Assembly: GCA_965222615.1 (NCBI GenBank)
Contig: CBDCUI010000007.1
Span: 672,001 to 736,000 of the forward strand
From: Gammaproteobacteria bacterium
GTDB lineage: Bacteria > Pseudomonadota > Gammaproteobacteria > UBA4575
Direction of reading: 5' to 3'
DNA length: 64,000 nt
Positions within the stretch are counted from its first letter, which is position 1, and each line of letters starts with the position of its first letter. The notes below the pieces were generated by a model, which made no database searches, had not been told where the DNA came from, and was given only the letters and a program-made list of their open reading frames with translations. The translations under genes were made by a program, and so were the position numbers. Positions 48,062 to 59,975 of the stretch are shown here, in pieces.

Positions 48062-48712
48062 ATGCAAGGTGATTCCATAGTTATAGAAGAACATCACAGA
48101 AAATCAGCACATGGAGTCTGTGAACTTCTATTATCTGAGCTTAATAGTATAAATAGCCGTTTTACACTTACAATCGCAGGTGAATCTGGAAGTGGAAAAT
48201 CAGAGATCGCGATGGCTTTGGCCGAAGAGCTCGAAACACATGCATTTACTACGGTTATATTCCAACAAGACGATTATTTTGTGTACCCACCCAAAACAAA
48301 TGATCATACAAGGAGGCAGGATATAAATTGGGTGGGACCGCAAGAGGTACATTTGGGCTTACTAGATGAACACCTCCGGGATTTCATAGACGGGAAACAG
48401 TCCGTTAACAAACCTCTAGTTAGTTATGTTGATGATGCAATTACAACTGAACTTCTGGAATTCAATTTGGCACGCATAGCCATCGCTGAGGGTACATACA
48501 CATCATTATTAAGCAACATCAACCGACGTATATTTATTGATCGAAATTATATGGATACAAAAAAACATAGAGAACGACGCATGCGTGATTCTTCTGAGCT
48601 TGATGAATTCATAGATTCAGTATTGACTATTGAACATGACATTATTTCAGCCCATAAAGAAAAAGCTGACATCATAATTAACAAGGATTATTCAGTAATA
48701 CGTAATTCATAA
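48062..48712 (+). CDS. Uridine kinase/PRK-like P-loop kinase
   Basis: TIAGESGSGKSE, QQDDYF, IAEGTY. Confidence 0.75.
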   Translation: MQGDSIVIEEHHRKSAHGVCELLLSELNSINSRFTLTIAGESGSGKSEIAMALAEELETHAFTTVIFQQDDYFVYPPKTNDHTRRQDINWVGPQEVHLGLLDEHLRDFIDGKQSVNKPLVSYVDDAITTELLEFNLARIAIAEGTYTSLLSNINRRIFIDRNYMDTKKHRERRMRDSSELDEFIDSVLTIEHDIISAHKEKADIIINKDYSVIRNS

Positions 48713-48726
48713 AAAAGGAACAAGTT

Positions 48727-50145
48727 TTGTATATTGCATTTATCAATCCACAAGGAAATTTTGACAAATACGATTCATTTCTCACGGAACATCCTGATTT
48801 TGGTGGTCAGCTTGTATATGTTAAGGAGATTTGTCGGGCACTTGCGGATTTAGGCGCACAAGTAGATATTTTAACGAGGTGGATTGACGATTCAGAATGG
48901 TCGGGCTTTGAAAAGCCGATAGATTACTTTTCTGAAGAGGATAACAATCCGCGCATAGTACGAATTAAGTGTGGTGGCAACCGTTTTCTCAACAAAGAAG
49001 CATTATGGCCATATCTTCCAGAATTTGTTGACAATATAATGAAATTTTATGGTTCTGATTTGCCAGACTTTTTTACTGCACACTATGCCGATGCTGGATA
49101 TTGTGCAGCGCTACTAGAAAATAAGAGTGGTCGAGGATTTACTTTTACCGGTCATTCCTTAGGCGCACAGAAGCTAGATAAGCTTATTACTACACTGGGC
49201 GATATAGACAGAATCGAAGACCAGTTTTATTTCTCCAAGCGTATTGATGCAGAGCGCATAAGCATGCAACACGCATGCAAAATTATTACATCAACCCGAC
49301 AAGAACGAATGGAACAGTATTCACATCCACTCTATATAGGAGCCATAGATACACAGGAGGATGCAAAGTTTGAAGTGATACCTCCAGGAGTAAATTCGAA
49401 GATATTTTGTTCAGAACAGCAAAAAGCTGACCAAAAGATATTTGATAAAATCAGCGCAATCTTACCTCAACAAAATCAGCCTTATATCATTTCCTCAAGT
49501 CGACTCGATCACAAGAAAAATATTTTCTCTTTAGTAAAAGCTTATGCAGAATCAAAGGAACTTCGTGAGATTGCTAGACTGGCAATTTTTATACGTGGAG
49601 TTAGTGATCCATTTGCCGATATTTCAACTCTCACAGAAGATGAGCAAAAAGTTTTACAACCTATCTTAGATGTCATAGAACAATCTGCAATCATAAATCT
49701 AGTCGATTTCATTGATATGCGATCACAGGCTGAGTTAGCCGCAGCGTATCGTTTTTTTGCTGCACGAAATTCAGTTTTTGCACTTACTGCACTGTACGAA
49801 CCATTTGGCTTGGCACCTATTGAAGCTGCTGCATGTGGTCTTGCCGTAGTGGCAACTAAAAATGGCGGTCCTTCAGAAATATTTCAAAATGGTTCAGGGG
49901 TTCTTGTCGATCCTCTTAATACTGAAGATATTGCTAAAGGCTGTATACAGGCATTGAAACATGCAACGGATCTAGCTGATAAAGCTAAAATATTAGTTAA
50001 TGAAAAATACACATGGGCACAAACGGCAAAGCGGTATCTGCACGTGATAAAAGAGTGCGCTGCGAGAGGGCATTCAGAATTAATAGATTCTCAATACACT
50101 ATAAACGCACAAGATAGAATTAAAGAATATTTAATAAATTCTTAG
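48727..50145 (+). CDS. GT4 glycosyltransferase, sucrose-phosphate-synthase-like (Halothermothrix type)
   Basis: AFINPQGNFD, TEHPDFGGQLVYVKE, KEALWPYL, FTGHSLGAQK, YEPFGLAPIEA; no fused phosphatase domain. Confidence 0.85.
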   Translation: MYIAFINPQGNFDKYDSFLTEHPDFGGQLVYVKEICRALADLGAQVDILTRWIDDSEWSGFEKPIDYFSEEDNNPRIVRIKCGGNRFLNKEALWPYLPEFVDNIMKFYGSDLPDFFTAHYADAGYCAALLENKSGRGFTFTGHSLGAQKLDKLITTLGDIDRIEDQFYFSKRIDAERISMQHACKIITSTRQERMEQYSHPLYIGAIDTQEDAKFEVIPPGVNSKIFCSEQQKADQKIFDKISAILPQQNQPYIISSSRLDHKKNIFSLVKAYAESKELREIARLAIFIRGVSDPFADISTLTEDEQKVLQPILDVIEQSAIINLVDFIDMRSQAELAAAYRFFAARNSVFALTALYEPFGLAPIEAAACGLAVVATKNGGPSEIFQNGSGVLVDPLNTEDIAKGCIQALKHATDLADKAKILVNEKYTWAQTAKRYLHVIKECAARGHSELIDSQYTINAQDRIKEYLINS

Positions 50146-50170
50146 TTTGTAAAGATTTGACTTAACTTGA

Positions 50171-51475
50171 TTAGCTCTCTTGAATTTGTGTTGCACTGAT
50201 TGGAGTGTAGCGTCTTTCTTGGCCAAGCATATCTCGACTGACAAAAACAACCCCTTGGGGGGTTATATGAAACCGTTCTGCATCATTCTTGGGGTCTTCT
50301 CCAATAATTGTTCCAGGTGGAATTTCACATCCATTATCTATAACCACTTTTCGCAAACGAGAGTTTTCACCGATTACGCATCCAGGCAAGGCCAACACCT
50401 CATTTAAATCACAATGTTTATTTACTTTTACGTTAGAGAAGAGCAGAGACTTTTTCAGGTTGGATTCAACTACGACACAACCGCCGCTCACCATTGTATC
50501 GCTCTCCATTCCAAAATTACTCTTACCAGCACCTATAAATTTAGCAGGTGGTAATTGTTCTTGATAGGTAAAAATCCGCCAACTTGAGTTATATAAATCG
50601 AATGCAGGAGGATGGACGAGTATTTCCATATGCGCACTATGATAGGCGTCAATAGTTCCAATATCTCTCCAGTAAGCATTCTTGCCTGCAACCTGATCAC
50701 TAAAGGGATAAGCAAATATACGATGATCATTTTTGACTGCATGAGGAATTAGGTCCATTCCAAAATCGTGCTTGGAATTTTCAAGTTCCGTATCTCGTTG
50801 TAGCTGTTCATCAAGATACTCATATGAAAATATATATATCCCCATACTAGCTAAGGCATGTTCAGGATCATTTGGTAAAGAGGTCGGCTGTTCTGGTTTT
50901 TCCTGAAAATCGGCGATTTGAAATTCATCGTTAATGCTCATCACACCAAAACTTTTAGCTTCTGTAATCGTTACAGGCATACATGCTACTGTTACGTCAG
51001 CATCGTGCTGTACATGTGCTGCGAGCATTTCACCATAATCCATTTGATACACATGATCTCCTGCTAGAATCAGTGCATATTTAGGCGAGTGACTTTTAAT
51101 TATATCGAGGCTTTGGAATACCGCATCCGCTGTCCCTTCAAACCAGGTATCTTCCTCTACCCATTGTTGTGCAGGGATCAATTCCACAAAATCGCCCATT
51201 TCCATGTTCAGCATATTCCATCCAAGCATGATATGCCGCATTAAAGAGTGAGATTTATATTGTGTGAGTACACAAATTTTGCGTATCCCTGAATTGAGGC
51301 AGTTGGAAAGAGGGAAGTCAATTATTCGGAATTTGCCACCAAATGGCACAGCAGGTTTTGCACGCCAATCCGTTAACATTTCCAGTCGCGAGCCACGTCC
51401 TCCTGCAAGCACAATCGCCATAGTTTGATTCGTCAGTCGACTAACGAAACGAGCCGAAGAGTTTTCAGTGCTCAT
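50171..51475 (-). CDS. glgC: Glucose-1-phosphate adenylyltransferase
   Basis: LAGGRGSRL, RAKPAVPFGGKFRIIDF, GTADAV, FQEKP, SMGIYIF, YWRDIGT. Confidence 0.96.
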   Translation of the reverse strand: MSTENSSARFVSRLTNQTMAIVLAGGRGSRLEMLTDWRAKPAVPFGGKFRIIDFPLSNCLNSGIRKICVLTQYKSHSLMRHIMLGWNMLNMEMGDFVELIPAQQWVEEDTWFEGTADAVFQSLDIIKSHSPKYALILAGDHVYQMDYGEMLAAHVQHDADVTVACMPVTITEAKSFGVMSINDEFQIADFQEKPEQPTSLPNDPEHALASMGIYIFSYEYLDEQLQRDTELENSKHDFGMDLIPHAVKNDHRIFAYPFSDQVAGKNAYWRDIGTIDAYHSAHMEILVHPPAFDLYNSSWRIFTYQEQLPPAKFIGAGKSNFGMESDTMVSGGCVVVESNLKKSLLFSNVKVNKHCDLNEVLALPGCVIGENSRLRKVVIDNGCEIPPGTIIGEDPKNDAERFHITPQGVVFVSRDMLGQERRYTPISATQIQES

Positions 51476-51722
51476 ATAGACATCAAGTAAGATTCTTTTT
51501 AAATTTTATCGACAACAACCTTAGTGTCTAATTGTTACTCATTGTTGGCAAATAAGCTAATTTCAATTAAATCTAAATCCTATAAGATTTAATGCCTGCT
51601 TTGGGACGTCAGTGTCCATTGAAACAGAATTTATTTTTAATAATGCAGTTGCTGAAAGAATGGTGAAAATAACGCTATGTAAAATATAGCGAATTTGAGT
51701 AACAGTAACTAATTGTTTTTAT

Positions 51723-51799
51723 TGGTGGGCCCGGTAGGACTCGAACCTACGACCAAAGGATTATGAGTCCTCTGCTCTAACCAACTGAGCTACAGGCCC
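51723..51799 (-). tRNA. ileX: tRNA-Ile2 (CAU anticodon, lysidine-modified)
   Basis: GGGCCTGTAGCTCAGTTGGTTAGAGCAGAGGACTCATAATCCTTTGGTCGTAGGTTCGAGTCCTACCGGGCCCACCA; 77 nt with encoded CCA; usual position downstream of rpoD. Confidence 0.9.
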
Positions 51800-51828
51800 A
51801 ATAAATTGCTAAGTGGAATAATAGAATT

Positions 51829-53661
51829 TTATTCTATTTCAAGAAAGCTGCGTAATTGTTCTGAACGGCTTGGGTGGCGAAGTTTACGTAATGCCTTGGC
51901 CTCGATTTGCCGTATTCGCTCTCGTGTTACATCAAATTGTTTGCCGACTTCTTCTAAGGTGTGATCGGTATTCATATCAATACCAAAGCGCATGCGTAAC
52001 ACCTTTGCCTCACGCGGTGTCAGCGAAGCCAAAATCTCACGAGTGGCCTCACCTAGTCCTTCAGAAGATGCAGAATCCACCGGAGACTCAATGGTTGCAT
52101 CTTCGATAAAATCACCTAGATGGGAATCTTCATCGTCGCCAATAGGGGTTTCCATAGATATAGGTTCTTTAGCAATCTTTAATACCTTGCGCACTTTATC
52201 TTCTGGCATCTCCATGCGCTCTGCCAGTTCTTCAGGAGTCGGTTCGCGTCCCATCTCTTGTAACATTTGTCGAGAAATTCGATTGAGTTTATTGATGGTT
52301 TCGATCATATGTACCGGGATACGAATGGTTCTTGCCTGATCGGCGATCGAGCGGGTAATGGCTTGGCGAATCCACCAGGTTGCATAAGTCGAAAATTTAT
52401 AGCCGCGGCGGTATTCGAATTTATCAACCGCTTTCATTAAGCCAATATTGCCTTCTTGTATGAGGTCCAAGAATTGTAGGCCACGATTGGTATACTTTTT
52501 AGCAATAGAAATCACCAGGCGTAAATTCGCTTCCACCATCTCTTTTTTAGCTCGGCGTGCCTTTGCTTCGCCAATAGACATGCGCCGATTGATGTCCTTA
52601 ATCTCACGTATACTAAGCCCAGTTTCATCTTCAATAGTTACGAGCTTTTCCTGCTCTTTTTGAATTTCCATTTCTAATTCTGCAATTGCTTGCGAGTACT
52701 TAGCTTTTGACTGTGCGTGCATCGATACCCAACTGATATCCGTTTCATGGTCAGCAAATGTCTCAATAAATTTCGAGCGTGGCATTTTTGCATCGTGAAT
52801 ACAGAGTTGCATGATATTGCGTTCATGAGAGCGAATTCGATTCATCATTCCACGAAGCTCTCGAGTTAAAATATCAACAATCTTTGGCACTAGTTTCACC
52901 ATAGTGAATTCTTCCGCTAGTGTTTCGCGTGCTTTAGCAAGTTTTTTAGGGTCGCTATTTACACTTGAGCTGGATAGTTTTGTATATAGTTTTTCTAGTT
53001 TCTTAAAATATGCACGTGTTTCTTCAGGATCAGGACCTGTATCCAGTTCTTCTTCGCTATCACTATCTTCTTCGTCTTCACTATCACTTTCCATGTTACT
53101 GGCTTGGTTAATTTGGGTCGCGGGAGGAGGGATAGCATCAGTATCTTCATCAGGGTCAACAAAGCCGGTAATTAAATCTGTTAAACGTAGATCTTCTGAC
53201 TCAACTTTTGCATAGAAAAATAATAGTTTTTCTATGGTGGCTGGGTAATGACCAATGGCGAATAGTACTTGCCGCAAACCATCTTCAATGCGTTTAGCAA
53301 TCTTGATTTCACCTTCTCTTGTTAATAGATTAACAATCCCCATTTCTCGCATGTACATGCGTACTGGATCAGTAGTGCGACCAAATTCACTGTCAACCGT
53401 TGCTAAAGCCGCCGCTGCCTCCTCGGCAACCTCATCATCATCCGTTGCCGCATTATCCGAGAGCAATAAACTATCAGTATCCGGCGCCTGTTCATGCACG
53501 GTAATACCCATATCGTTGATCATGCTAACGATATCTTCTATTTGTTCAGGATCGACAATACCGCTAGGTAAATGATCGTTTACCTCAGCATAAGTAAGAA
53601 ATCCTTGTTCCTTTCCTTTGGCAATGAGTTGTTTAATGCTGGATTGTTGATCTTCGTCCAT
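51829..53661 (-). CDS. rpoD: RNA polymerase sigma factor 70
   Basis: [54 protein letters not shown]. Confidence 0.99.
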   Translation of the reverse strand: MDEDQQSSIKQLIAKGKEQGFLTYAEVNDHLPSGIVDPEQIEDIVSMINDMGITVHEQAPDTDSLLLSDNAATDDDEVAEEAAAALATVDSEFGRTTDPVRMYMREMGIVNLLTREGEIKIAKRIEDGLRQVLFAIGHYPATIEKLLFFYAKVESEDLRLTDLITGFVDPDEDTDAIPPPATQINQASNMESDSEDEEDSDSEEELDTGPDPEETRAYFKKLEKLYTKLSSSSVNSDPKKLAKARETLAEEFTMVKLVPKIVDILTRELRGMMNRIRSHERNIMQLCIHDAKMPRSKFIETFADHETDISWVSMHAQSKAKYSQAIAELEMEIQKEQEKLVTIEDETGLSIREIKDINRRMSIGEAKARRAKKEMVEANLRLVISIAKKYTNRGLQFLDLIQEGNIGLMKAVDKFEYRRGYKFSTYATWWIRQAITRSIADQARTIRIPVHMIETINKLNRISRQMLQEMGREPTPEELAERMEMPEDKVRKVLKIAKEPISMETPIGDDEDSHLGDFIEDATIESPVDSASSEGLGEATREILASLTPREAKVLRMRFGIDMNTDHTLEEVGKQFDVTRERIRQIEAKALRKLRHPSRSEQLRSFLEIE

Positions 53662-53735
53662 TTAGTACAGACCTCGTGTGAGGGAATTCAGCGAACCGGC
53701 GAGTATATCAGATAATACTGATATAGGTAGCTTGT

Positions 53736-55448
53736 TTAAGATGCCTTTTGGTGCAGTAAGTTCCTAAATTCTTGCCTTTCGTCATCCGTCAAACCATCGG
53801 TAGTCTCTTTATCAATGAGTTCCTGTACTCGTTGATTGTGAGATTTGCGTTGAACCCAGGCCAGAGCATCTTCAAAGGTACGTTTTGGATCATCCAACTC
53901 AGGCGGATTCCAGGCCATTAGCTTTTGTAATTGTGTCTCTTCAGCTTGGCCGCGAAAGCGCTCCAATAGTGCGGCGGGCTTTAAATCTGGTTCTTGTTTC
54001 AAGGCCTGAATGATTTTAGCCAATAGCGCGACACCAGGTATAGCAGATTTCTCTAACGTCGCCATAGAGTGAGTATTCATTGCAAGCGAAGGTTCGTGCA
54101 ATAAGGCAGCGATAGCGAGTCGCACAGGAGTGGCTTTATTAATTACCGACTTTTTAGCACCAGACTTATGTAAAACTTTAGTAGATGCTGCAAAATGAAT
54201 TTGAATTCCAACTTTTTTTTCTAACTCTTCTAGGACTAATTTTTTATACACACCATCAGGAAATTTCTCTATGATAGGTCTTACGGTCTGTACGAACCTA
54301 GCCTTTCCTGCAGGAGTTCGAATATCGATATTTTCTACCAGTTTATTGAAGATAAAAGTTGCTAAAGACTCACCTTCGTTAACATATTGTAGAAATATTT
54401 CTTTACCACGAGAGCGAATCAAGCTGTCTGGGTCTTCACCTTGTGGTAAAAATAAAAACTTTGCTTCACAGCCGTCCTTAAATAATGGAATCGTTTGTTG
54501 TGCTGCACGCCATGCAGCATCGCGACCGGCTCGGTCTCCGTCAAAGCAAAATACTATTTCTTGTGTATAACGATACAGTTGCTGTATATGTTGAGATGTG
54601 GTGGCCGTGCCCAATGTGGCCACAACATTTTCAATACCATGCTGTGCTAAGGCCACGACATCCATATAGCCTTCCACAACGATTATAAAATGAGCAGTGT
54701 CTTTTATTTTACGTGCTTCATATAAACCATATAAGGCTTCACTTTTATGAAACGCGGGAGTTTCAGGGGAATTTAAATACTTTGGTACTTCATCACCTAA
54801 TACTCTTCCACCAAATCCAATTATACGTCCACGGCGATCTTTTATTGGGAAAATTATACGGTTTCTAAAACGATCGTAAGTGTTGCCTTTGTCGTTCTTT
54901 TTAATTAATCCAATTTTAATGAGCTGCTCCTCGGTTGCGGCATTTTCAAACTGAGTTAGCAAATTATCGAAACCATCAGGAGCAAACCCTAATCCAAATT
55001 TTGCGGCGACTTCACCACTCACACCACGCGCTTTGAGATAATCAATAGCAGCCTGGTGTTCACGCAACATCTTTTGGTAATAACTATTTGCTTGTTCGAG
55101 AAGAACGAATAACTCTTGATGTTTGTTATAACTGGTAGCAGTTTCATCTCGGGGGATTTCAAGACCTAAGGTCTGAGCAAGGGTTTCAACTGCTTCAATA
55201 AAGTCGAGGTGCTCATATTCCATTAAGAAACCTAGCGCGGTGCCATGCGCACCACAACCAAAGCAATGGTAAAACTGTTTATCCGGACTTACAGTAAAAG
55301 AAGGTGTTTTTTCATCGTGAAATGGGCAACAAGCCATATATTCTTTGCCCTTTTTGGTTAATGAAACGTAGCCATTTATTAGTTCGACAATATCAGTGCG
55401 CGTGATGAGCTCGTCGATGAATGTTTGCGGAATTCTTGTTGGCACCAA
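53736..55448 (-). CDS. dnaG: DNA primase
   Basis: CPFHDEKTPSF, CFGC, KYLNSPET, VVEGYMDV, FDGDRAG, EDPD. Confidence 0.98.
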   Translation of the reverse strand: MVPTRIPQTFIDELITRTDIVELINGYVSLTKKGKEYMACCPFHDEKTPSFTVSPDKQFYHCFGCGAHGTALGFLMEYEHLDFIEAVETLAQTLGLEIPRDETATSYNKHQELFVLLEQANSYYQKMLREHQAAIDYLKARGVSGEVAAKFGLGFAPDGFDNLLTQFENAATEEQLIKIGLIKKNDKGNTYDRFRNRIIFPIKDRRGRIIGFGGRVLGDEVPKYLNSPETPAFHKSEALYGLYEARKIKDTAHFIIVVEGYMDVVALAQHGIENVVATLGTATTSQHIQQLYRYTQEIVFCFDGDRAGRDAAWRAAQQTIPLFKDGCEAKFLFLPQGEDPDSLIRSRGKEIFLQYVNEGESLATFIFNKLVENIDIRTPAGKARFVQTVRPIIEKFPDGVYKKLVLEELEKKVGIQIHFAASTKVLHKSGAKKSVINKATPVRLAIAALLHEPSLAMNTHSMATLEKSAIPGVALLAKIIQALKQEPDLKPAALLERFRGQAEETQLQKLMAWNPPELDDPKRTFEDALAWVQRKSHNQRVQELIDKETTDGLTDDERQEFRNLLHQKAS

Positions 55449-55560
55449 GCACCTTTAGTAAATCTTTGTACGGACCAATCAGTATAGGGTCCAAGTATGC
55501 GGCATTCAATGCCGCAGTTTTTCGAACTACACTAATGAAAAAGCGTTACTTAAAATGTGT

Positions 55561-57090
55561 TTATTGGCGAAGAAGTTGTTGAATTTTGTCAATTTGCAGT
55601 GGGTAGGGTTTATTTTTTACTATATTAGAAGGCAGTTTTTCGATTGCTGCAAGGGCTTCATCGCGTGTGGGATATAGTCCGTACACTAATATATACCACT
55701 GCTTTTCTTGGCTTGATTTAACATAGTATGCAGTTTGCTGGTCTGCAAAATTCTTTTTGGCAAATGCCGATAAGTTTTCTTGACTAGGGGATGCCACAAT
55801 TTGCACAGTGTAAGCATCAGGGTTTTGCTCGAGTAACCAAGCGGGTGGAAATGGAGGTGTCTGTTCCATACTTTCGTCAGCTTTTTCGGTCTCAGCAATT
55901 TTCTCAGTTGCGACTACTTTTTCAGTCACAACACTTTCTTTTGGCTTTTCTGATGCAGTTGGCGGTTCAATCTCTAGCGGGCCAAGTACTAATGGCGCAA
56001 CATAAGGTTTTTGTACTTTTTTAGGTTTAGGCTCATCGCTTGATGCGCGGTCTTCTTCGACAATTGGCGGATCTTCGACCTGTTTTGGTTCAGCTGTAGC
56101 TTGGTTTTCTGGTTGATTTAGTTCAGGCTTGCCGATTTCAAGTTCGACCGATGTTTGCGGTTGTTTGAAAAATGTGCCAATTAAAAATGCAATACCGACT
56201 AAACCAGCCAAAATTAAACCTAAGCGTGTAAATGGCGATAATCCAGAACGATGTGATTGTTCTGCACGACGAGAATCTTGTTGGCAGCGTTTAGTAAGTG
56301 CCTCACGCGCTAGTGAATTGATTACTCTAGGCAAGCCTTGAGATTTGTTGTGAAACTCTTGAATCTGTTCTTGAGGAAATAGATCAAAATTATCTGCACC
56401 GGCTTTTTTTAGACGAAAGTTTATGTACTGTTCACATTGTGCCACATCAAATGCACGCGTATTGATTTGATATATATGTGATGCAGCAGGATTAGTTTGT
56501 TCTAGCTCAGTGAGTTTTGTTTGGATACTTGGTTCAGCTGCTAAGACCAGACCTAATGTCTGTGGGGATTGTAGGCCTACTCGATGTTTTAATTGCAATA
56601 GGGAATCAAGCTCGTGAGTTCTTAAGCGATGTGCATCATCAATAATGATGACAGGGAATTTGTCAGTTTCGATGTATTTTTTTACATGTTCATCTGTTGC
56701 GATGTTTTCCTCAGTATCATTTCCAGGGATTCGCCAGCGGTCTTTTATTTTTTGTTCTATATGTGCAAAAGTCGTGCTAGATTTTGCCCGCAATGTACAA
56801 AAGTTAAAGTGTTGGTAACCTTTTCTTAAAAGAATGCGTAATAAGGTTGTTTTGCCTACACCTATTTCACCCAATAATGCCAGAGTAGAATTTTGGTTCT
56901 GCAAGTAGTCCACTAATACATTTACTGACATCTCAAGCTGCTGATCGATAAAAAGAAATGGATCTCTGGCATGATCGATAAACGGATTTTCATCTAAGCC
57001 CAACTTTTCCAGACATTCTACCGATAAAAAACCGGTGTCCAAATCAGAAATGGCATCGGGGCTGTAACTATTATCAAATGATTCTTGCAT
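55561..57090 (-). CDS. AAA ATPase + TM + SPOR domain protein (DamX-like)
   Basis: [22 protein letters not shown], a TM helix, YTVQI...[13 protein letters not shown] domain; position after aroKB-dgt. Start uncertain. Confidence 0.8.
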   Translation of the reverse strand: MQESFDNSYSPDAISDLDTGFLSVECLEKLGLDENPFIDHARDPFLFIDQQLEMSVNVLVDYLQNQNSTLALLGEIGVGKTTLLRILLRKGYQHFNFCTLRAKSSTTFAHIEQKIKDRWRIPGNDTEENIATDEHVKKYIETDKFPVIIIDDAHRLRTHELDSLLQLKHRVGLQSPQTLGLVLAAEPSIQTKLTELEQTNPAASHIYQINTRAFDVAQCEQYINFRLKKAGADNFDLFPQEQIQEFHNKSQGLPRVINSLAREALTKRCQQDSRRAEQSHRSGLSPFTRLGLILAGLVGIAFLIGTFFKQPQTSVELEIGKPELNQPENQATAEPKQVEDPPIVEEDRASSDEPKPKKVQKPYVAPLVLGPLEIEPPTASEKPKESVVTEKVVATEKIAETEKADESMEQTPPFPPAWLLEQNPDAYTVQIVASPSQENLSAFAKKNFADQQTAYYVKSSQEKQWYILVYGLYPTRDEALAAIEKLPSNIVKNKPYPLQIDKIQQLLRQ

Positions 57091-58264
57091 TAAAAATACG
57101 CTCGTGTTCCGCAATCGCAAATCGATCCGTCATCCCTGCAATATAGTCAGAAACTATTCGTGCTCGTCCGCTATCACCATGTTTTTTCTGAGCACTTGCC
57201 ACCTGTTCGCGATACTTATCAGGCAATAAAGGTACGTCTTGATAAAATGCAGTATATAAGTCAAAAATAATTTTGCTTGCCTTGTTACTCATTCGATGTA
57301 CGCGATAATGCTGGTACAAATTTTTGTGTAAGAAAGATTTTAATTCACGATTTTTTGATCGCATGGATTCACTGAATTGAATGAGTGGTTTATCAGAAGA
57401 ACGTACATCATCTATTGAATTAGGCTGCTCATTTAAAATCGTCTTTTGACTTTCATCAACTAAGTCTGTAACTAAATCATTAATTATTCGACGAATAGTT
57501 TCATATATCTTTCTACGTTCACCGATATCTGGATATTCACTAGAAGTCCTTTGAAAATGTTCTCTAAATAGTTCGGTTTGGTCTAATTGTTTAGTGGATA
57601 TTAATCCAGCACGTAGTCCATCATCAATATCGTGATTATTATAAGCGATTTCGTCAGCGATGTTAGTAAGCTGAGCTTCTAGACTAGGTTGTGTGCGTTG
57701 TAAAAAACGCCTGCCTAATGCGCCTAATTGTTTTGCATTTTTTTTAGAGCAATGTTTTAAAATACCTTCCCTTGTCTCAAAAGTTAAATTTAAACCAGCA
57801 TGGCGTGGATATTTAAGTTCTAGTTTATCCACTACTCGTAAAGATTGTAAGTTGTGTTCAAAACCTCCATGTTCGCGCATACATTCGTTTAACGCATCTT
57901 GGCCAGCATGTCCAAAAGGTGTATGACCTAAGTCATGGGCTAATGCAATGGCTTCACATAGGTCTTGATTAAGTTCTAGTGCACGTGCAATTGCGCGCGC
58001 AATTTGTGAGACTTCAATCGAGTGGGTAAGCCGTGTGCGAAAAAGATCTCCTTCATGATTTACAAATACTTGTGTTTTATATTCTAGTCGGCGAAACGCG
58101 GTGCAATGAATAATTCGTTCTCGATCGCGTTGGAATTCTCCACGATTGGGCGCTTTAGATTCAGGATAAACTCTTCCCTTAGATAAAGCATCCTGGGCTG
58201 CATAGGATGCAAGTATGAACTGCGAAGAGCCATAATCAGTTTTTGGAATTGTGACTGCGCTCAT
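57074..58264 (-). CDS. dgt: Deoxyguanosinetriphosphate triphosphohydrolase-like protein
   Basis: [39 protein letters not shown]. Confidence 0.93.
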   Translation of the reverse strand: MSAVTIPKTDYGSSQFILASYAAQDALSKGRVYPESKAPNRGEFQRDRERIIHCTAFRRLEYKTQVFVNHEGDLFRTRLTHSIEVSQIARAIARALELNQDLCEAIALAHDLGHTPFGHAGQDALNECMREHGGFEHNLQSLRVVDKLELKYPRHAGLNLTFETREGILKHCSKKNAKQLGALGRRFLQRTQPSLEAQLTNIADEIAYNNHDIDDGLRAGLISTKQLDQTELFREHFQRTSSEYPDIGERRKIYETIRRIINDLVTDLVDESQKTILNEQPNSIDDVRSSDKPLIQFSESMRSKNRELKSFLHKNLYQHYRVHRMSNKASKIIFDLYTAFYQDVPLLPDKYREQVASAQKKHGDSGRARIVSDYIAGMTDRFAIAEHERIFNARII

Positions 58265-58268
58265 GGGG

Positions 58269-59357
58269 TTATGCGTTAAAAAATTCCTGTAAAGTATCTT
58301 CTAATAAAGTGGCAGGAAAATCAGCTGTTAATATGGCATTGCCTATATTTTTAAGCAAAATTAGATAAAGATTGCCAGCACGTGATTTTTTGTCTATCGA
58401 CATTATTTTTAGATATTCGTTGGGTTGGATAGTTGCAGGTGCTTGAGTAGGCAATTTAGCGGATTTCAATATGCTTTTGATTCTTGAGTAGTCCTCTTGG
58501 TTTAGCCACTTAAGGTTAACGGATAAGTTGGCTGCCATGAGCATGCCACAAGCTACCGCTTCTCCATGTAGCCATGTTCCATAGCCGGTGGCAGTTTCAA
58601 TAGCGTGGCCAAAGGTGTGTCCATAGTTTAATAAAGCGCGTTTGCCAGTTTTTTCTAATTCGTCTTCGGCTACAATTCGTGCTTTATTCTCGCATGAACG
58701 ACACACTGCTTCGGTGAGAACCTTTGGCTCACGTGCTAACAGCTTTGCAATATTTTTTTCTAACCAAGCAAAAAACTCGGTATCACAAATTAGCCCGTAT
58801 TTAATAATTTCTGCAATGCCAGCGCTTAATTCACGGTCATCAAGTGTATTTAGCGTAGTCAAATCTGCAATGACACATTGTGGTTGATAAAAAGCGCCAA
58901 TCATGTTTTTACCTAATGCATGGTTCACGCCAGTTTTCCCGCCTACGGAAGAATCTACTTGCGCAAGTAAGGTCGTGGGGATCTGGATAAAATTTACCCC
59001 CCGTTGATAAGTGGCTGCGGCAAACCCAGTGATGTCTCCAATAACACCTCCGCCTAAAGCTATCAATGTAGTATCTCGGTTACAGCGATTTTCCAATAAG
59101 GCGCTGTAAATCATGTTCATTGTAGTTAATGATTTTTGCGTTTCTCCATCGGGTAGAATAATTTGGTGAACTTTGTATTCAGTAAGGTTTTGTAAAATAC
59201 TTTCTAGATATAAAGGCGCGACTTTTTCATTGCTAACAATAAATACACTATCGCCACAAATATGATTCTGCAGATAATGTGACTTTGTAAGTAGTTTTTC
59301 GCCTATATAGATTGGGTAACTACGTTTACCCAATTGTACTTCAAATGTAGTCATCAT
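58269..59357 (-). CDS. aroB: 3-dehydroquinate synthase
   Basis: [41 protein letters not shown]. Confidence 0.97.
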   Translation of the reverse strand: MMTTFEVQLGKRSYPIYIGEKLLTKSHYLQNHICGDSVFIVSNEKVAPLYLESILQNLTEYKVHQIILPDGETQKSLTTMNMIYSALLENRCNRDTTLIALGGGVIGDITGFAAATYQRGVNFIQIPTTLLAQVDSSVGGKTGVNHALGKNMIGAFYQPQCVIADLTTLNTLDDRELSAGIAEIIKYGLICDTEFFAWLEKNIAKLLAREPKVLTEAVCRSCENKARIVAEDELEKTGKRALLNYGHTFGHAIETATGYGTWLHGEAVACGMLMAANLSVNLKWLNQEDYSRIKSILKSAKLPTQAPATIQPNEYLKIMSIDKKSRAGNLYLILLKNIGNAILTADFPATLLEDTLQEFFNA

Positions 59358-59389
59358 GAATAATAAGACATTAAAAAGTATGTTTTGTA

Positions 59390-59911
59390 TTAGTCACTAT
59401 TTCTTTCTAAATACTTTAAAATTTGATTAACCGTCCAGTTTGTAGTGTGTCGGTCTGTTTTGATCACATAGTCAGCGACTTTTTTATACAGTGGTTCTCT
59501 TTGTTGTAATAACGCTTGAAGTGTTTGAGATCTATCCGCTACGTTAAGTAAAGGTCGCCTAGAGTCGTCTTTTGTCCGCTTAACAAGTGATTCAACTGTG
59601 GCTTGTAAATAAAATACAGTGCCACTTGAGGAAAGTAGTTCTCTAGTGGTTTCAGAAAGAATTGCGCCCCCACCTGTGGCAAGTACAATATTTTCTAACT
59701 GACATAATTCCTTAATAGCTTTTTCTTCACGTAAGCGGAAGCCCTTTTCGCCTTCGTATTCAAATACGGTGGGTATATCAACACCGGTTTTTTCTTCGAT
59801 TACTTTATCACTGTCGTAAAATTTAATTTTCAATCTTTTCGCCAGTCTGCGACCAACTGTGGATTTTCCAGCGCCCATTGCACCAATGAGAATAATATTA
59901 GTTGCTATCAC
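59390..59911 (-). CDS. aroK: Shikimate kinase
   Basis: GAMGAGKSTVG, ATGGG, RPLL, REPLY. Confidence 0.96.
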   Translation of the reverse strand: MIATNIILIGAMGAGKSTVGRRLAKRLKIKFYDSDKVIEEKTGVDIPTVFEYEGEKGFRLREEKAIKELCQLENIVLATGGGAILSETTRELLSSSGTVFYLQATVESLVKRTKDDSRRPLLNVADRSQTLQALLQQREPLYKKVADYVIKTDRHTTNWTVNQILKYLERNSD

Positions 59912-59975
59912 AACATAAACATATGTGAGTTAAGAAATCTATGAGCAATTTTAATTCTGGTGTGAGTATAGACCA

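Noticed and set aside
51723-51799. tRNA-Met
   Set aside because: The anticodon is CAU, but it lacks initiator features (unpaired C1, GGG/CCC anticodon stem), and sequence and position after rpoD fit tRNA-Ile2.
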